A stretch of 64,000 nt of DNA, taken from the NCBI GenBank assembly GCA_964469605.1, contig CAYXZA010000001.1, forward strand, positions 71,274 to 135,273. The letters run 5' to 3'. A program made the position numbers and the translations under genes. The DNA is from an uncultured Candidatus Saccharibacteria bacterium. GTDB lineage: Bacteria > Patescibacteriota > Minisyncoccia > Phycocordibacterales > DATDWN01. Of this stretch, positions 50,912-59,559 are shown piece after piece (positions within the stretch are counted from its first letter, which is position 1; each line of letters begins with the position of its first letter). The notes beneath the pieces are model-generated. The model was not told where the DNA came from, did no database searches, and saw only the letters and a program-made list of their open reading frames with translations.

Positions 50912-52441
50912 ATGTCACTTAAAATAGTTTTAGCCCTGCTTTCTGGGGCAACAGTTATAGGTGTGCTTTTGGGATATTATTTAAGAGTTATTATATCTTT
51001 GGGTAAAAAAGGTTCTATGGAGCTTGAATTAAAGCAAATGGAACTTTCTGCAAAAAATAGAGAAAAAGAGATAATCAATGAGGCAGAAGAAAAGGCTGAA
51101 AAAATACTATCTGAGGCTCGCCTTGAGATAAAAGAGAAAGAAGAAAAAAACAAAAAAACAGAGGAAAGGCTTATTAAAAAAGAGGAATTTCTAGATAATA
51201 GACAACTTGATATAGACAAGGAAGTTGAAAATATCAAATCTAAGATATTGGAAATAAAGAAAATCAGAGAAGATGCTGATTTGATTTTGCTTGAAAGAAA
51301 AAATCTACTTGAAAAGGTGGCTTCCCTAACCAAAGATCAGGCAAAAGAGGAGATTTTGAAAACAGTAGAAAAGGAGTATGAAACTGATATATTAAACAGA
51401 ATAAATAAACTTGAGAAAAATGGAGAGGAAAGACTTTTAAGAAAAGCACAAGATATTTTAGCTACAACCATACAAAGACTTTCAAATTCTGTATCTGCTG
51501 ATATGTTAACTACTGCTGTATCTATATCTTCTGATGAAATAAAAGGAAAGATTATAGGAAAAGAAGGTAGAAATATAAAAGCTTTTGAGAGAGTTACTGG
51601 TGTTGAGCTTATTGTAGATGATACTCCTGGATTTATAACAATATCATCTTTTGATCCTGTTAGAAGACAGGTAGCAAAACTTGCACTTGAAAAACTTATA
51701 GCCGATGGGAGAATACAACCAGCAAAGATAGAAGAGATAGCTACCAAAGCCGAACAAGAAATAGGAAAAATAATAAAAGAAAAAGGAGATGAAGCTGTTT
51801 ACGAATGTGGAATACTAAATCTTGATCCAAAACTTGTATCTATAGTTGGAAGACTTCATTTTAGGACAAGTTATGGTCAAAATGTTTTGGCTCACTCTGT
51901 TGAGATGGCTCATATTGCGGGGATGTTGGCACAAGAGCTTGGTGCAAATGTCTCTGTGGCTAAGGCTGGTGCTTTGCTCCATGATATAGGAAAAGCTCTT
52001 GATCATGAGGTTTCTGGAACTCATGTTGAAATAGGCAGAAGGATACTTCAAAAATTTAATGTAGATGAGGAGGTGATAAAAGCTATGCAGGCACACCACG
52101 AAGAGTATCCTTATGAAACAGTAGAGTCAATCATAGTTCAATGTGCCGATGCTATCTCAGGTTCTCGTCCGGGAGCTAGAAGAGATTCTGTTGAAAACTA
52201 CTTAAAGAGACTTGCAGATTTGGAATCCGTTGCAAATTCATTTAAAGGGGTTGAAAAATCTTATGCCCTTCAAGCTGGTAGAGAAATAAGAGTTTTTGTA
52301 ACACCGAGCGAAGTTTCTGATTTGGAAGCTAAAAATATAGCATTTGAGATGGCTAGAAGAATAGAAGATGAGCTGAAATACCCAGGAGAGATAAAAGTAA
52401 ATGTTATTAGGGAAAACAGGGTTATTGAATATGCAAAATAA
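50912..52441 (+). CDS. rny: Ribonuclease Y
   Basis: TM, coiled coil, KH (KGKIIGKEGRNI), HD domain (LLHDIGK), ADAISGSRPGAR. Confidence 0.97.
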   Translation: MSLKIVLALLSGATVIGVLLGYYLRVIISLGKKGSMELELKQMELSAKNREKEIINEAEEKAEKILSEARLEIKEKEEKNKKTEERLIKKEEFLDNRQLDIDKEVENIKSKILEIKKIREDADLILLERKNLLEKVASLTKDQAKEEILKTVEKEYETDILNRINKLEKNGEERLLRKAQDILATTIQRLSNSVSADMLTTAVSISSDEIKGKIIGKEGRNIKAFERVTGVELIVDDTPGFITISSFDPVRRQVAKLALEKLIADGRIQPAKIEEIATKAEQEIGKIIKEKGDEAVYECGILNLDPKLVSIVGRLHFRTSYGQNVLAHSVEMAHIAGMLAQELGANVSVAKAGALLHDIGKALDHEVSGTHVEIGRRILQKFNVDEEVIKAMQAHHEEYPYETVESIIVQCADAISGSRPGARRDSVENYLKRLADLESVANSFKGVEKSYALQAGREIRVFVTPSEVSDLEAKNIAFEMARRIEDELKYPGEIKVNVIRENRVIEYAK

Positions 52442-52451
52442 TAAACCTATC

Positions 52452-52551
52452 CCGTTAAAAGTATAATTTTAGAGCACCGATAAATTTTTGCTAAAATTTT
52501 CCTCGTGCTTGGTAGAGTTACTTGAAAGTCTCTAAAATTATACTTTTACGG
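52452..52551 (-). repeat. Dispersed structured element, copy E (most diverged core)
   Basis: 19-bp perfect outer inverted repeat TAAAAGTATAATTTTAGAG/CTCTAAAATTATACTTTTA around the reverse-complement core. Confidence 0.85.
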
Positions 52552-52716
52552 TAATATAATTAAGATAGGGTATTATTTTATATTTTTCTTCAATTAAAAT
52601 TAAAATATTAAAAAGTAAAAATATAATAGAGTCAACATTTGCCATAGAAAAAAGCTTTATATATAATGTTATTATAGTAGATAAGCTATAAATTATTAGT
52701 TTTAATCAGTTTAAAT

Positions 52717-52989
52717 ATGAATAAAGCATCGATAGTAGATGAGGTTCATAAAAAACTTGGCGGAACAAAAGTTCAAGCTGAGGAAGTTGTAGATACTGTT
52801 ATAGATCTTATAGTAGGAACTTTAAAAAAAGGAGACGAAGTTTCTATTGCTGGTTTAGGTATCTTTTCAACAAAAACAAGAGCTGCTAGACAGGCTAGAA
52901 ATCCTAGAACAGGACAAATGGTTTCTGTTCCAGAGATGAAAGTGCCAAAGTTTAGACCAGCAAAGGCCTTTAAAGAGGCGGTTAAATAA
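52717..52989 (+). CDS. hup: HU family DNA-binding protein
   Basis: MNKA, GLGIF, ARNPRTG, PKFRPAK. Confidence 0.93.
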   Translation: MNKASIVDEVHKKLGGTKVQAEEVVDTVIDLIVGTLKKGDEVSIAGLGIFSTKTRAARQARNPRTGQMVSVPEMKVPKFRPAKAFKEAVK

Positions 52990-53040
52990 TCGCTTTACCT
53001 TTAAAACAAGAAACACCACTAAGGTGTTTTTTGTTGTCGT

Positions 53041-53074
53041 AAAAAAGTCCCGAAGCCGAAGCTCCGAGACCTTT
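53041..53074 (-). terminator. Terminator of the EamA gene
   Basis: Minus strand GGTCTCGGAGC-TTCG-GCTTCGGGACT followed by a T-run. Confidence 0.8.
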
Positions 53075-53082
53075 GTTGTGAC

Positions 53083-53937
53083 TTACGTCGCTGATTGTTC
53101 TTGAACCGATTGTTTTGCGAGCCAACGTGAGAGATACCATGCTCCGCAGAGCGCGATTCCTACGCCGACCCACTGAACGGGCGTGAGATGTTCGCCAAGC
53201 ATGACACTTGCGCCAAGGATGACCGCAGGGGTTTCTCCTTGGGCAAGGACACTCGCTTCCGTCGTGGGCAAATTCTCGAACGCCATCAGATTCGCAATCC
53301 AATAGAGGAATCCTCCGACGAATGCGAATCCGAGAACGAGCATAATCAGTTTCGGTTCGGCGATGGCTGACCACGACGCACCAGCACTCATCACGAGGCC
53401 GAGCGTTCCCATGCCGATGCAGGCATAGAAACACTTTTGGAGCGAGTTCCCCTTCGCGCGAGCAAAAAATTCGTAGATGATTCCGTTCATGATGGTTCCG
53501 AACAGCGTCCATCCGAATCCTGCCCACTGAAAATGTCCGCCCCAACGAGCCATCACTACACCGCCGAGCATCAACACCAGTCCAATGATGGACGCTGGAG
53601 AAATTCGCCGGCCTAAGAAAGCGCCGATCACGAGGTTCACCAGCGGGGTCGCGGTAATGATGATGATTGTCGGTCCCACGCCCCAGTGCCGAATTCCCTC
53701 GAAAAGTCCGAGTGTGGCGAACGGCATGGTCAGTGCAATAAGATACGTATACTTGTCCACACGTCCGACGACTCCACGAAGTCCGATGAGTGCCATTCCG
53801 GCAGTTAGGAATCCGCGAAAGACCATCAGTTGCGTGGGCGTGAACACACTTAGAACGTTGACGAAAGGCAGGGCCAACCCTGCCGTTAGCCAAATGCCCA
53901 TGACCCCGAAGAGTCCCAGCATGGTTTTACGATGCAT
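53083..53937 (-). CDS. EamA/DMT family transporter (GC-rich)
   Basis: About 10 TMs in two repeats; LGEHLTPVQWVG. Confidence 0.85.
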   Translation of the reverse strand: MHRKTMLGLFGVMGIWLTAGLALPFVNVLSVFTPTQLMVFRGFLTAGMALIGLRGVVGRVDKYTYLIALTMPFATLGLFEGIRHWGVGPTIIIITATPLVNLVIGAFLGRRISPASIIGLVLMLGGVVMARWGGHFQWAGFGWTLFGTIMNGIIYEFFARAKGNSLQKCFYACIGMGTLGLVMSAGASWSAIAEPKLIMLVLGFAFVGGFLYWIANLMAFENLPTTEASVLAQGETPAVILGASVMLGEHLTPVQWVGVGIALCGAWYLSRWLAKQSVQEQSAT

Positions 53938-53980
53938 ACAAAATCCTTTCTGATTGGAAAAATCGTTTTTTCCTAAATAT

Positions 53981-54115
53981 ATTATATCATTTTATAATAT
54001 ATTGTCAATGATTATAATCAAAATATTGCTATTTTATAACTATAAATATGATTAAAATTTATTTATATAAATTTTGTTGATATATATTGACAAAAAATTA
54101 ACTATAAAATACAAT
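53981..54115. promoter_or_regulatory. Divergent sigma70 promoters (EamA / TrmB-like regulator 1)
   Basis: Minus TTGACA-16-TATAAT (54008-53981); plus TTGACA-17-TACAAT (54087-54115), 6 nt before ATG; TAACTATAAA occurs twice. Confidence 0.7.
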
Positions 54116-54121
54116 ATATTT

Positions 54122-54895
54122 ATGAATAATGAAAATTTTGATCTATCAAAATCACTAGAGTTAATAGGTTTTAGTCAAAAAGAAGTTTTGGTGTATTTGT
54201 CTTTACTTTCTTTAGGAAAAGGAACTGTTTCTCAAATAGCAAGAAAAGCCGGTATAAATAGGCCTAGTGGTTATCATATTTTAACTTCTCTAGAGTTAAA
54301 AGGGGTTATAAATGCTTCTGGTAAAGAGCCGAAAAAGGAATATGTTGCCAATTCTCCAGACGAAATAGAAAAACTCTTATTGAAAAAAAGAGATGATTAT
54401 GAAAATTATATAAAAGAAGCTAGAAAAATTATTCCCGAACTAAAGTCTATGCACAATATAAACAACAGGCCAAAGATATCTTTTTATGAAGGTAAAGATG
54501 GTTTACAGAAAGTCTATGAGGATACTTTAACTTCAAAAGAGGATATTTTGGCTTATGCTAGTGTTGAAGACGTTCACAGTACCCTACCAAATTATTTTCC
54601 TCTTTATTACAAAAGAAGGGCTAGAAAAAATATAAATATCAGAGCTATATTTCCAGGTTCCGAAGATGCAAAAAAATTAAAAAAATTTGATCAAGAGGAA
54701 AAAAGACAATCAGTACTTGTTCCTATTGATAAATTTAGTTTTCATCCGGAAATAAATATTTATGATAACAAGGTTATGATAGCTTCTTGGAGGGAAAAAC
54801 TCGGAATTATTATTGAAAGTTCTGAAATAGCAGATGCAATGAAAAAAGTTTTTGAGTTGGCTTGGCTAGGTGCAAAAGGGATTGAGGAGAAATAA
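54122..54895 (+). CDS. TrmB-family transcriptional regulator 1
   Basis: IGFSQKEVLVYLSLL HTH, FYEGKDG, INIYDNKV, GIIIES..IA..FELAW. Confidence 0.85.
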   Translation: MNNENFDLSKSLELIGFSQKEVLVYLSLLSLGKGTVSQIARKAGINRPSGYHILTSLELKGVINASGKEPKKEYVANSPDEIEKLLLKKRDDYENYIKEARKIIPELKSMHNINNRPKISFYEGKDGLQKVYEDTLTSKEDILAYASVEDVHSTLPNYFPLYYKRRARKNINIRAIFPGSEDAKKLKKFDQEEKRQSVLVPIDKFSFHPEINIYDNKVMIASWREKLGIIIESSEIADAMKKVFELAWLGAKGIEEK

Positions 54896-55038
54896 GGTTG
54901 TTTCTATTTTTTAAATTTCTCAAATATGTATTTTCACTGTGCGGGATATTAAATGACGTTAGAACCTGTTTTCTAGGGTCTAACTCCATGTTCTATATCC
55001 CAAGTTTGTCTCTAACAGAAGTGAAAGTCAATTAAAAC

Positions 55039-55072
55039 AAATGGGCACCCTCCTGTTGAGAAGTGCCCATTT
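55039..55072. terminator. Hairpin terminator after the HD gene
   Basis: AAATGGGCAC...GTGCCCATTT. Confidence 0.65.
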
Positions 55073-55087
55073 TACACCTATCTACTA

Positions 55088-55714
55088 TTACACCCGAAGA
55101 TGAGCAAGTGACCGAGCAATGTTTGCTCTGGCTTGCGTTTCATACTTGTTGCGGAAGGATTGCGTCGAGTAGATATTCGGTCGATCTAGAAACGCCTTCA
55201 GGATCGCCAAACGTCCGGCAATAAACTGATCTTCCGGTACCCACTCATACTCCTTACGTACTTGCTTCTCATATTCATCGAATCTTTCCTCAGGTTGACC
55301 TAGAATTGAGAGATCGATGTCAACAATAAGTTGAACATCTGAATCGGTGGGAGTCGCTGAATGCTTCGTTGCTATGATGAGATTTGCCACCGATTGTCCG
55401 AGGTTGTCGGGCAACGAAGCATTTCGCACCATTTCCATGGCGAGTGCTGCACTTCGCTCCTCACTGTCCTTGGTTTTGGTATCGTAGATTGCGTCATGAT
55501 ACCAGAGAGCCAATTCAACAGTATCAGGATTTGTTGCGAGGTGTCGGCCACGCTCGAGTTCGTCGAGGCAGAGTCTGATGTGTTGGAGTGTGTGGTACAC
55601 TCGGTGCGGTTCAGAGTATCGCACAACAAGCTCGTTGTAGACCACGCTTGCGTCTCCTTGCGCACCGAGGTGTTGCCACAACGCTTGCCATTGTTGTTCA
55701 TTTCGATTTAGCAT
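55088..55714 (-). CDS. HD-superfamily phosphohydrolase (COG4339-like)
   Basis: YSEPHRVYHTLQH, ALWYHDAIY, EERSA, DIDLSIL, VRKEY. Confidence 0.85.
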   Translation of the reverse strand: MLNRNEQQWQALWQHLGAQGDASVVYNELVVRYSEPHRVYHTLQHIRLCLDELERGRHLATNPDTVELALWYHDAIYDTKTKDSEERSAALAMEMVRNASLPDNLGQSVANLIIATKHSATPTDSDVQLIVDIDLSILGQPEERFDEYEKQVRKEYEWVPEDQFIAGRLAILKAFLDRPNIYSTQSFRNKYETQARANIARSLAHLRV

Positions 55715-56288
55715 TGTAAGCATCCTTCAGTTTCTCAAACACTGGTTCGGGGAGATAATTCTTCACTATTGTCGCCCATCCTTCAGGACCTATCAACCTC
55801 TTCACCATGCTTGAACTGACTTCGGCAATTCCACGTGGTGGCATCAGAAAAACTGTTGTGATGCCAGAGTTTAAGTCGCCGTTGATATTTCTCATCACCC
55901 GCTCGTATTCGTAGTCACTTTCGGTTCTGATGCCACGAAGTATGAATTGTGCACCTACCGATTGAGCGTAGGTGATAAGAAAATGATTGGTGAAACTACT
56001 GACTTCGACATTCGGAAACTGTTTTGTTGATTGTCGAAGCATTTCAAGTCGCTCATCAACCGAGAACATACAGTGCTTCTCTGGATTAATACCAATTGTT
56101 ACGAAAAGTTTGTCGAACAAAGCCGACCCTTGCTTGATCATCCAAATATGACCGACAGTTGGTGGATCAAATGTTCCAGCATAAACCGATGTCTTCTTAG
56201 TCATCACCCTTTCTTTTTTTGGAAAATCACCCTTTGAATCAAACATTTCTTCAGACAACGATTCGTTAAGTTCAGAGAATAAATTCAT
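55698..56288 (-). CDS. coaD: Pantetheine-phosphate adenylyltransferase-like protein
   Basis: YAGTFDPPTVGH, NPEK, RGIR..DYEYE, VSSSMVK; start may be the internal MTKK. Confidence 0.85.
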   Translation of the reverse strand: MNLFSELNESLSEEMFDSKGDFPKKERVMTKKTSVYAGTFDPPTVGHIWMIKQGSALFDKLFVTIGINPEKHCMFSVDERLEMLRQSTKQFPNVEVSSFTNHFLITYAQSVGAQFILRGIRTESDYEYERVMRNINGDLNSGITTVFLMPPRGIAEVSSSMVKRLIGPEGWATIVKNYLPEPVFEKLKDAYNAKSK

Positions 56289-56375
56289 ACTTCCTCCTAG
56301 TTAAAGAACTTTCTCCCTATATTATGTATTTGTTGACAGAAATGTTCAATTATGTATAATAGAAACTATACAACT

Positions 56376-57137
56376 ATGAATAAAGAGAATTTGCCTGACA
56401 TATTAAAAGATATTGGACTTCCACCAGCTGAGGCCTCGGTTTATATTGCTTTATTAGATGGACTAAAATCTGTCCAAGAAATAATAAAAACTACTGGAGA
56501 AAAAAGACCAACGGTATATTACTCACTTAACTCCTTAGAAAAAAGAGGTTTAGTTAGCAAGACTGGAAAAGAATACGGAAACAAATTTCAAGTTGAACCG
56601 ATAAATAAATTATCAGAATTAGTAGAAAGAAATATACGAAGACAAAATTCTCTTTTAGAAAAGACAAAGAAACTAAAGGATTACTATCCAAACAAAAGAA
56701 CCAACAAAAAAATTTTAGTGTCTTACTTTGATAGTCTTGAGTCGATTAAATCAGCTATATTTTATAGTCTTTATAGTAAAGATAAAAAAATCAGAACCAT
56801 TGTGCCTGGAAGTAATTTTTTTCATCAGATTGGCGAGAAATTTGTTGAAGAGTATGTAAGTCAGAAAATTGAAAAAGGTATAAAAACTCAGGCTTTATGG
56901 GAAGATGTTCCTAATAAAAAAACTATAGATAAATATTATAGTGATTCAGTAATAAGACAATTGCCTTTGGACATGCATAATTCCTTTGAAACCACAATCT
57001 TCATATTTGACGACAAAACACTTTATATCGCTCCTAAAAAAGAGCATTATGCTGTGTTAATTCAATCTCATGAACATTCTAAAATGATGAGATCATTATT
57101 TGACGTAATTTGGAAAAATTCAATTCAAGTCGATTAA
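56376..57137 (+). CDS. TrmB-family transcriptional regulator 2
   Basis: IGLPPAEASVYIALL, KRPTVYYSLNSLEKRGLV, IFIFDDK, LFDVIW. Confidence 0.85.
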   Translation: MNKENLPDILKDIGLPPAEASVYIALLDGLKSVQEIIKTTGEKRPTVYYSLNSLEKRGLVSKTGKEYGNKFQVEPINKLSELVERNIRRQNSLLEKTKKLKDYYPNKRTNKKILVSYFDSLESIKSAIFYSLYSKDKKIRTIVPGSNFFHQIGEKFVEEYVSQKIEKGIKTQALWEDVPNKKTIDKYYSDSVIRQLPLDMHNSFETTIFIFDDKTLYIAPKKEHYAVLIQSHEHSKMMRSLFDVIWKNSIQVD

Positions 57138-57142
57138 ATCTG

Positions 57143-57213
57143 TGCGGGATGGGAGAATCGAACTCCCGTATGCACATTGGAAGTGTGCCATTCTACCACT
57201 AAACTAATCCCGC
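57143..57213 (-). tRNA. tRNA-Gly(TCC)
   Basis: Acceptor GCGGGAT/ATCCCGC; GCACA-CTTCCAA-TGTGC; GGGAG-TTCGATT-CTCCC. Confidence 0.95.
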
Positions 57214-57229
57214 AATAATAGACAGTATA

Positions 57230-57892
57230 TCACAAAACTTTATTTATCCAAGCCATTATTCTTCTGTGTAAATAAACACCAAATTCTTTGTTTCCTAAAC
57301 TTTTTATTGTCATATGAGCTGTTCCATATGGAAGTTTGTTTATATTTCTTATTTTTTTATCTGTTCTTTTGTCTATTGTGCATTTATAAAACTGATCTCT
57401 TGGTATTTTGGTTTCTTTTGACCAAAAATTAATGCAATCTTCTTCTTTGTTGTCTGGGTATATATGTAATCTAATAGCAAAGTTTTTATTTTTTATACCA
57501 AAACAAGTTTTAAACCATTTAATTGTAAATTTAATCACTTTTGGGTCTGAGTTTATAATCCTTGTTAAGTTTATGGTTTTACTTCCCTCTCCTATGTATA
57601 TACCAATTCCAATCATCATAATATCTCTTTTTGTTAAATAGTTTATGTCTTTTTCTGATTGTTTTTTTGCTTTTTCAATATTTTCAAATTTTATTTTAAT
57701 TTTATGTAATGTTGATGCTAATCTAGCCTCTTTTATTTTATCCAAGGTATATTCATTTGGTTTAAATTCAATATCAGATAACCATTTACTCAATGTGCTT
57801 TTTGATAATGCAAATTTTGTTTTTATATAACTGTATGAATAGCCTAATTTTCTTAGTTCTATTACTTTTTTCTTTATTTCTGTATTATACAT
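57230..57892 (-). CDS. HTH + LAGLIDADG-like domain protein
   Basis: LRKLGYSY...SKSTLSKW HTH; IGIGIYIGEGSK helix; NSDP, FWS, PYGT. Confidence 0.6.
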   Translation of the reverse strand: MYNTEIKKKVIELRKLGYSYSYIKTKFALSKSTLSKWLSDIEFKPNEYTLDKIKEARLASTLHKIKIKFENIEKAKKQSEKDINYLTKRDIMMIGIGIYIGEGSKTINLTRIINSDPKVIKFTIKWFKTCFGIKNKNFAIRLHIYPDNKEEDCINFWSKETKIPRDQFYKCTIDKRTDKKIRNINKLPYGTAHMTIKSLGNKEFGVYLHRRIMAWINKVL

Positions 57893-57975
57893 TTTTGTAT
57901 ACTTGTTATTATATCATACAATATATATTTAGATATACGATTTTATAATAAATTTAAAATGCTATAATAACTCCA

Positions 57976-59172
57976 ATGAAAAAGATTTTGTTTTTAGTAT
58001 TTTTTTGGGTTTTTTCTATAATTATCTTTGTTTATAATTACCAAAGTAGTGGTTTTCAAGGTGTTAATAATAATAATAATAATAATTTAAATACAATCTC
58101 CCCTGCTTTACCGTCCAATAATAATCTAGAAATCAAAGATCAGGAAAATAACCAAATATCATCTAAAAATACAGAAACTATACTCTCAAAAGCTAGTTCG
58201 ACTAAACCTGTTTCTGCTACCACATCAACTGTAAATATTAAAAAAACTAGTCAGACTGCAACAAACATAAAAACACAAACATCAAACGAGGCGACTTCTG
58301 TTGTTGTAAATAAAAATGTTGATTTTTCTTTGGTAAATGAGCAAGTTAGAAAATCTCTTGTAAATATAATGTGCTCGGTCTCATCTAGTGGCACCATATC
58401 CCCCATAACAGGAAGCGGAGTTTTTGTTTCAAATGATGGTGTTATACTGACAAATGCACATATTGCTCAGTATTTTTTATTGAAAGATTTCAATGGTCAA
58501 AAAGATTATTTAGACTGTGTGATAAGGACAGGATCCCCTGCTTATCCTACATACAAAGCCAAATTAGTTTATATTTCTCCTGATTGGATTTTTAATAATA
58601 AAAAACTTTTGTTGGAAGAAAAACCTCTTGGAACTGGGGAATATGATTATGCTTTTTTGAAAATAACAGAAAGAGTTGATAAATCAGATCTAAAAGCTGT
58701 TGATTTTATCTCATTAAATACAGATGATTCTAATCTAAAAAAAGGTAATCCAACTATTTTAGTCTCCTACCCCGCTGGTTTTTTAGGTGGGATTGAAATT
58801 TTACAATCTTTGTATCAGTCTAGTGCAGAAACTTTTATAAAAGATGTTTTTACATTTAAAGAAAATACAATAGATTTGATCTCTGTTTCCGGTACGGTAA
58901 TTTCCCAAAAAGGTTCTTCTGGTGGAGCGGTTGTTGATTCTAAGTCAAATCTTTTGGGTATAATATCAGTTAGTAGTGATGATTTTTTTACAAAAGATAG
59001 GGATTTGAGGGCTATTACAGTGGCATATATAAATAGGGATCTAGAAGCTAAAACTAAAACAAATATTAGAAATCTGATATTAAATGCTGATTCTGTTTCA
59101 AATGTATTTGAAATTTCCCTATTCTCTTTACTGAAAAAAACACTAGAAGACAGTATTTTGGGTAAAAATTAA
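57976..59172 (+). CDS. Membrane-anchored trypsin-like serine protease
   Basis: GSGV, ILTNAHI, DYAFL, KGSSGG; Asn/Ser/Thr-rich stalk. Confidence 0.85.
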   Translation: MKKILFLVFFWVFSIIIFVYNYQSSGFQGVNNNNNNNLNTISPALPSNNNLEIKDQENNQISSKNTETILSKASSTKPVSATTSTVNIKKTSQTATNIKTQTSNEATSVVVNKNVDFSLVNEQVRKSLVNIMCSVSSSGTISPITGSGVFVSNDGVILTNAHIAQYFLLKDFNGQKDYLDCVIRTGSPAYPTYKAKLVYISPDWIFNNKKLLLEEKPLGTGEYDYAFLKITERVDKSDLKAVDFISLNTDDSNLKKGNPTILVSYPAGFLGGIEILQSLYQSSAETFIKDVFTFKENTIDLISVSGTVISQKGSSGGAVVDSKSNLLGIISVSSDDFFTKDRDLRAITVAYINRDLEAKTKTNIRNLILNADSVSNVFEISLFSLLKKTLEDSILGKN

Positions 59173-59182
59173 ATTTTTTAAA

Positions 59183-59553
59183 TAAAAAAAACACCTCGGG
59201 TTGGTTACCGAAGGTTGTTGGCGAGGGGTCGGGGGACGAAACTGCCCCGAACACCCCTCGCCTTGGGCACCCCTCCTCTGTGAGGAAGGGGTTGGCAATT
59301 TTCCGAGGTTTGGCCAAACCTCGGAGTCGAAAACCTTATCATGCATCTTGCCAAAGAATGCACTTATCTCCTCGTCCCGTTTTGGGATTTAGAGAGGGTT
59401 TTCCAATCTGGTTTTAGAGTTGCGCGCAAACTCAAAACCAGAAAAAAATCCACCGGATCCCGGCAGGGACTCCGGCGAAACCTCCCATGGCAGGATCTCC
59501 TTTCGGAAATCGTGCCAAGTGCGAAGATGATTGGGAGGCAAAGATCATCTCTA
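59183..59553 (-). ncRNA. Candidate ~370-nt highly structured RNA of unrecognised family
   Basis: GC-rich chain of seven stem-loop domains plus a terminal hairpin and U-run, downstream of a consensus promoter; no credible ORF. Confidence 0.75.
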
Positions 59554-59559
59554 GTTAAT

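Larger units (their letters stand above)
54937..57150. mobile_element. Integrase-less 2.2-kb island at the tRNA-Gly(TCC) 3' end
   Basis: CTGTGCGGGAT direct repeat at 54937 and 57140, the second overlapping the tRNA 3' end; GC-rich cargo; possible recombinase C-terminal relic after the left copy. Confidence 0.6.

Noticed and set aside
52982-53953. Alternative long ORFs over the EamA gene
   Set aside because: Shadow frames in GC-rich DNA; the EamA frame has the coherent TM pattern, SD and terminator.
54932-55026. Integron attC site (GTTAGA/TCTAAC, nested inverted repeats)
   Set aside because: The R boxes are in the wrong order on both strands and there is no integron integrase; better explained as an att or recombinase relic.
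58066-58086. (AAT)n tract as a phase-variation switch
   Set aside because: In-frame trinucleotide repeat encoding poly-Asn in a linker; slippage would not shift the frame.
59183-59553. RNase P RNA, tmRNA, or the short ORFs listed here
   Set aside because: No GAGGAAAGTCC/CGGCTTA or tRNA-like ends on either strand; the ORFs overlap on both strands and look like by-products of high GC.
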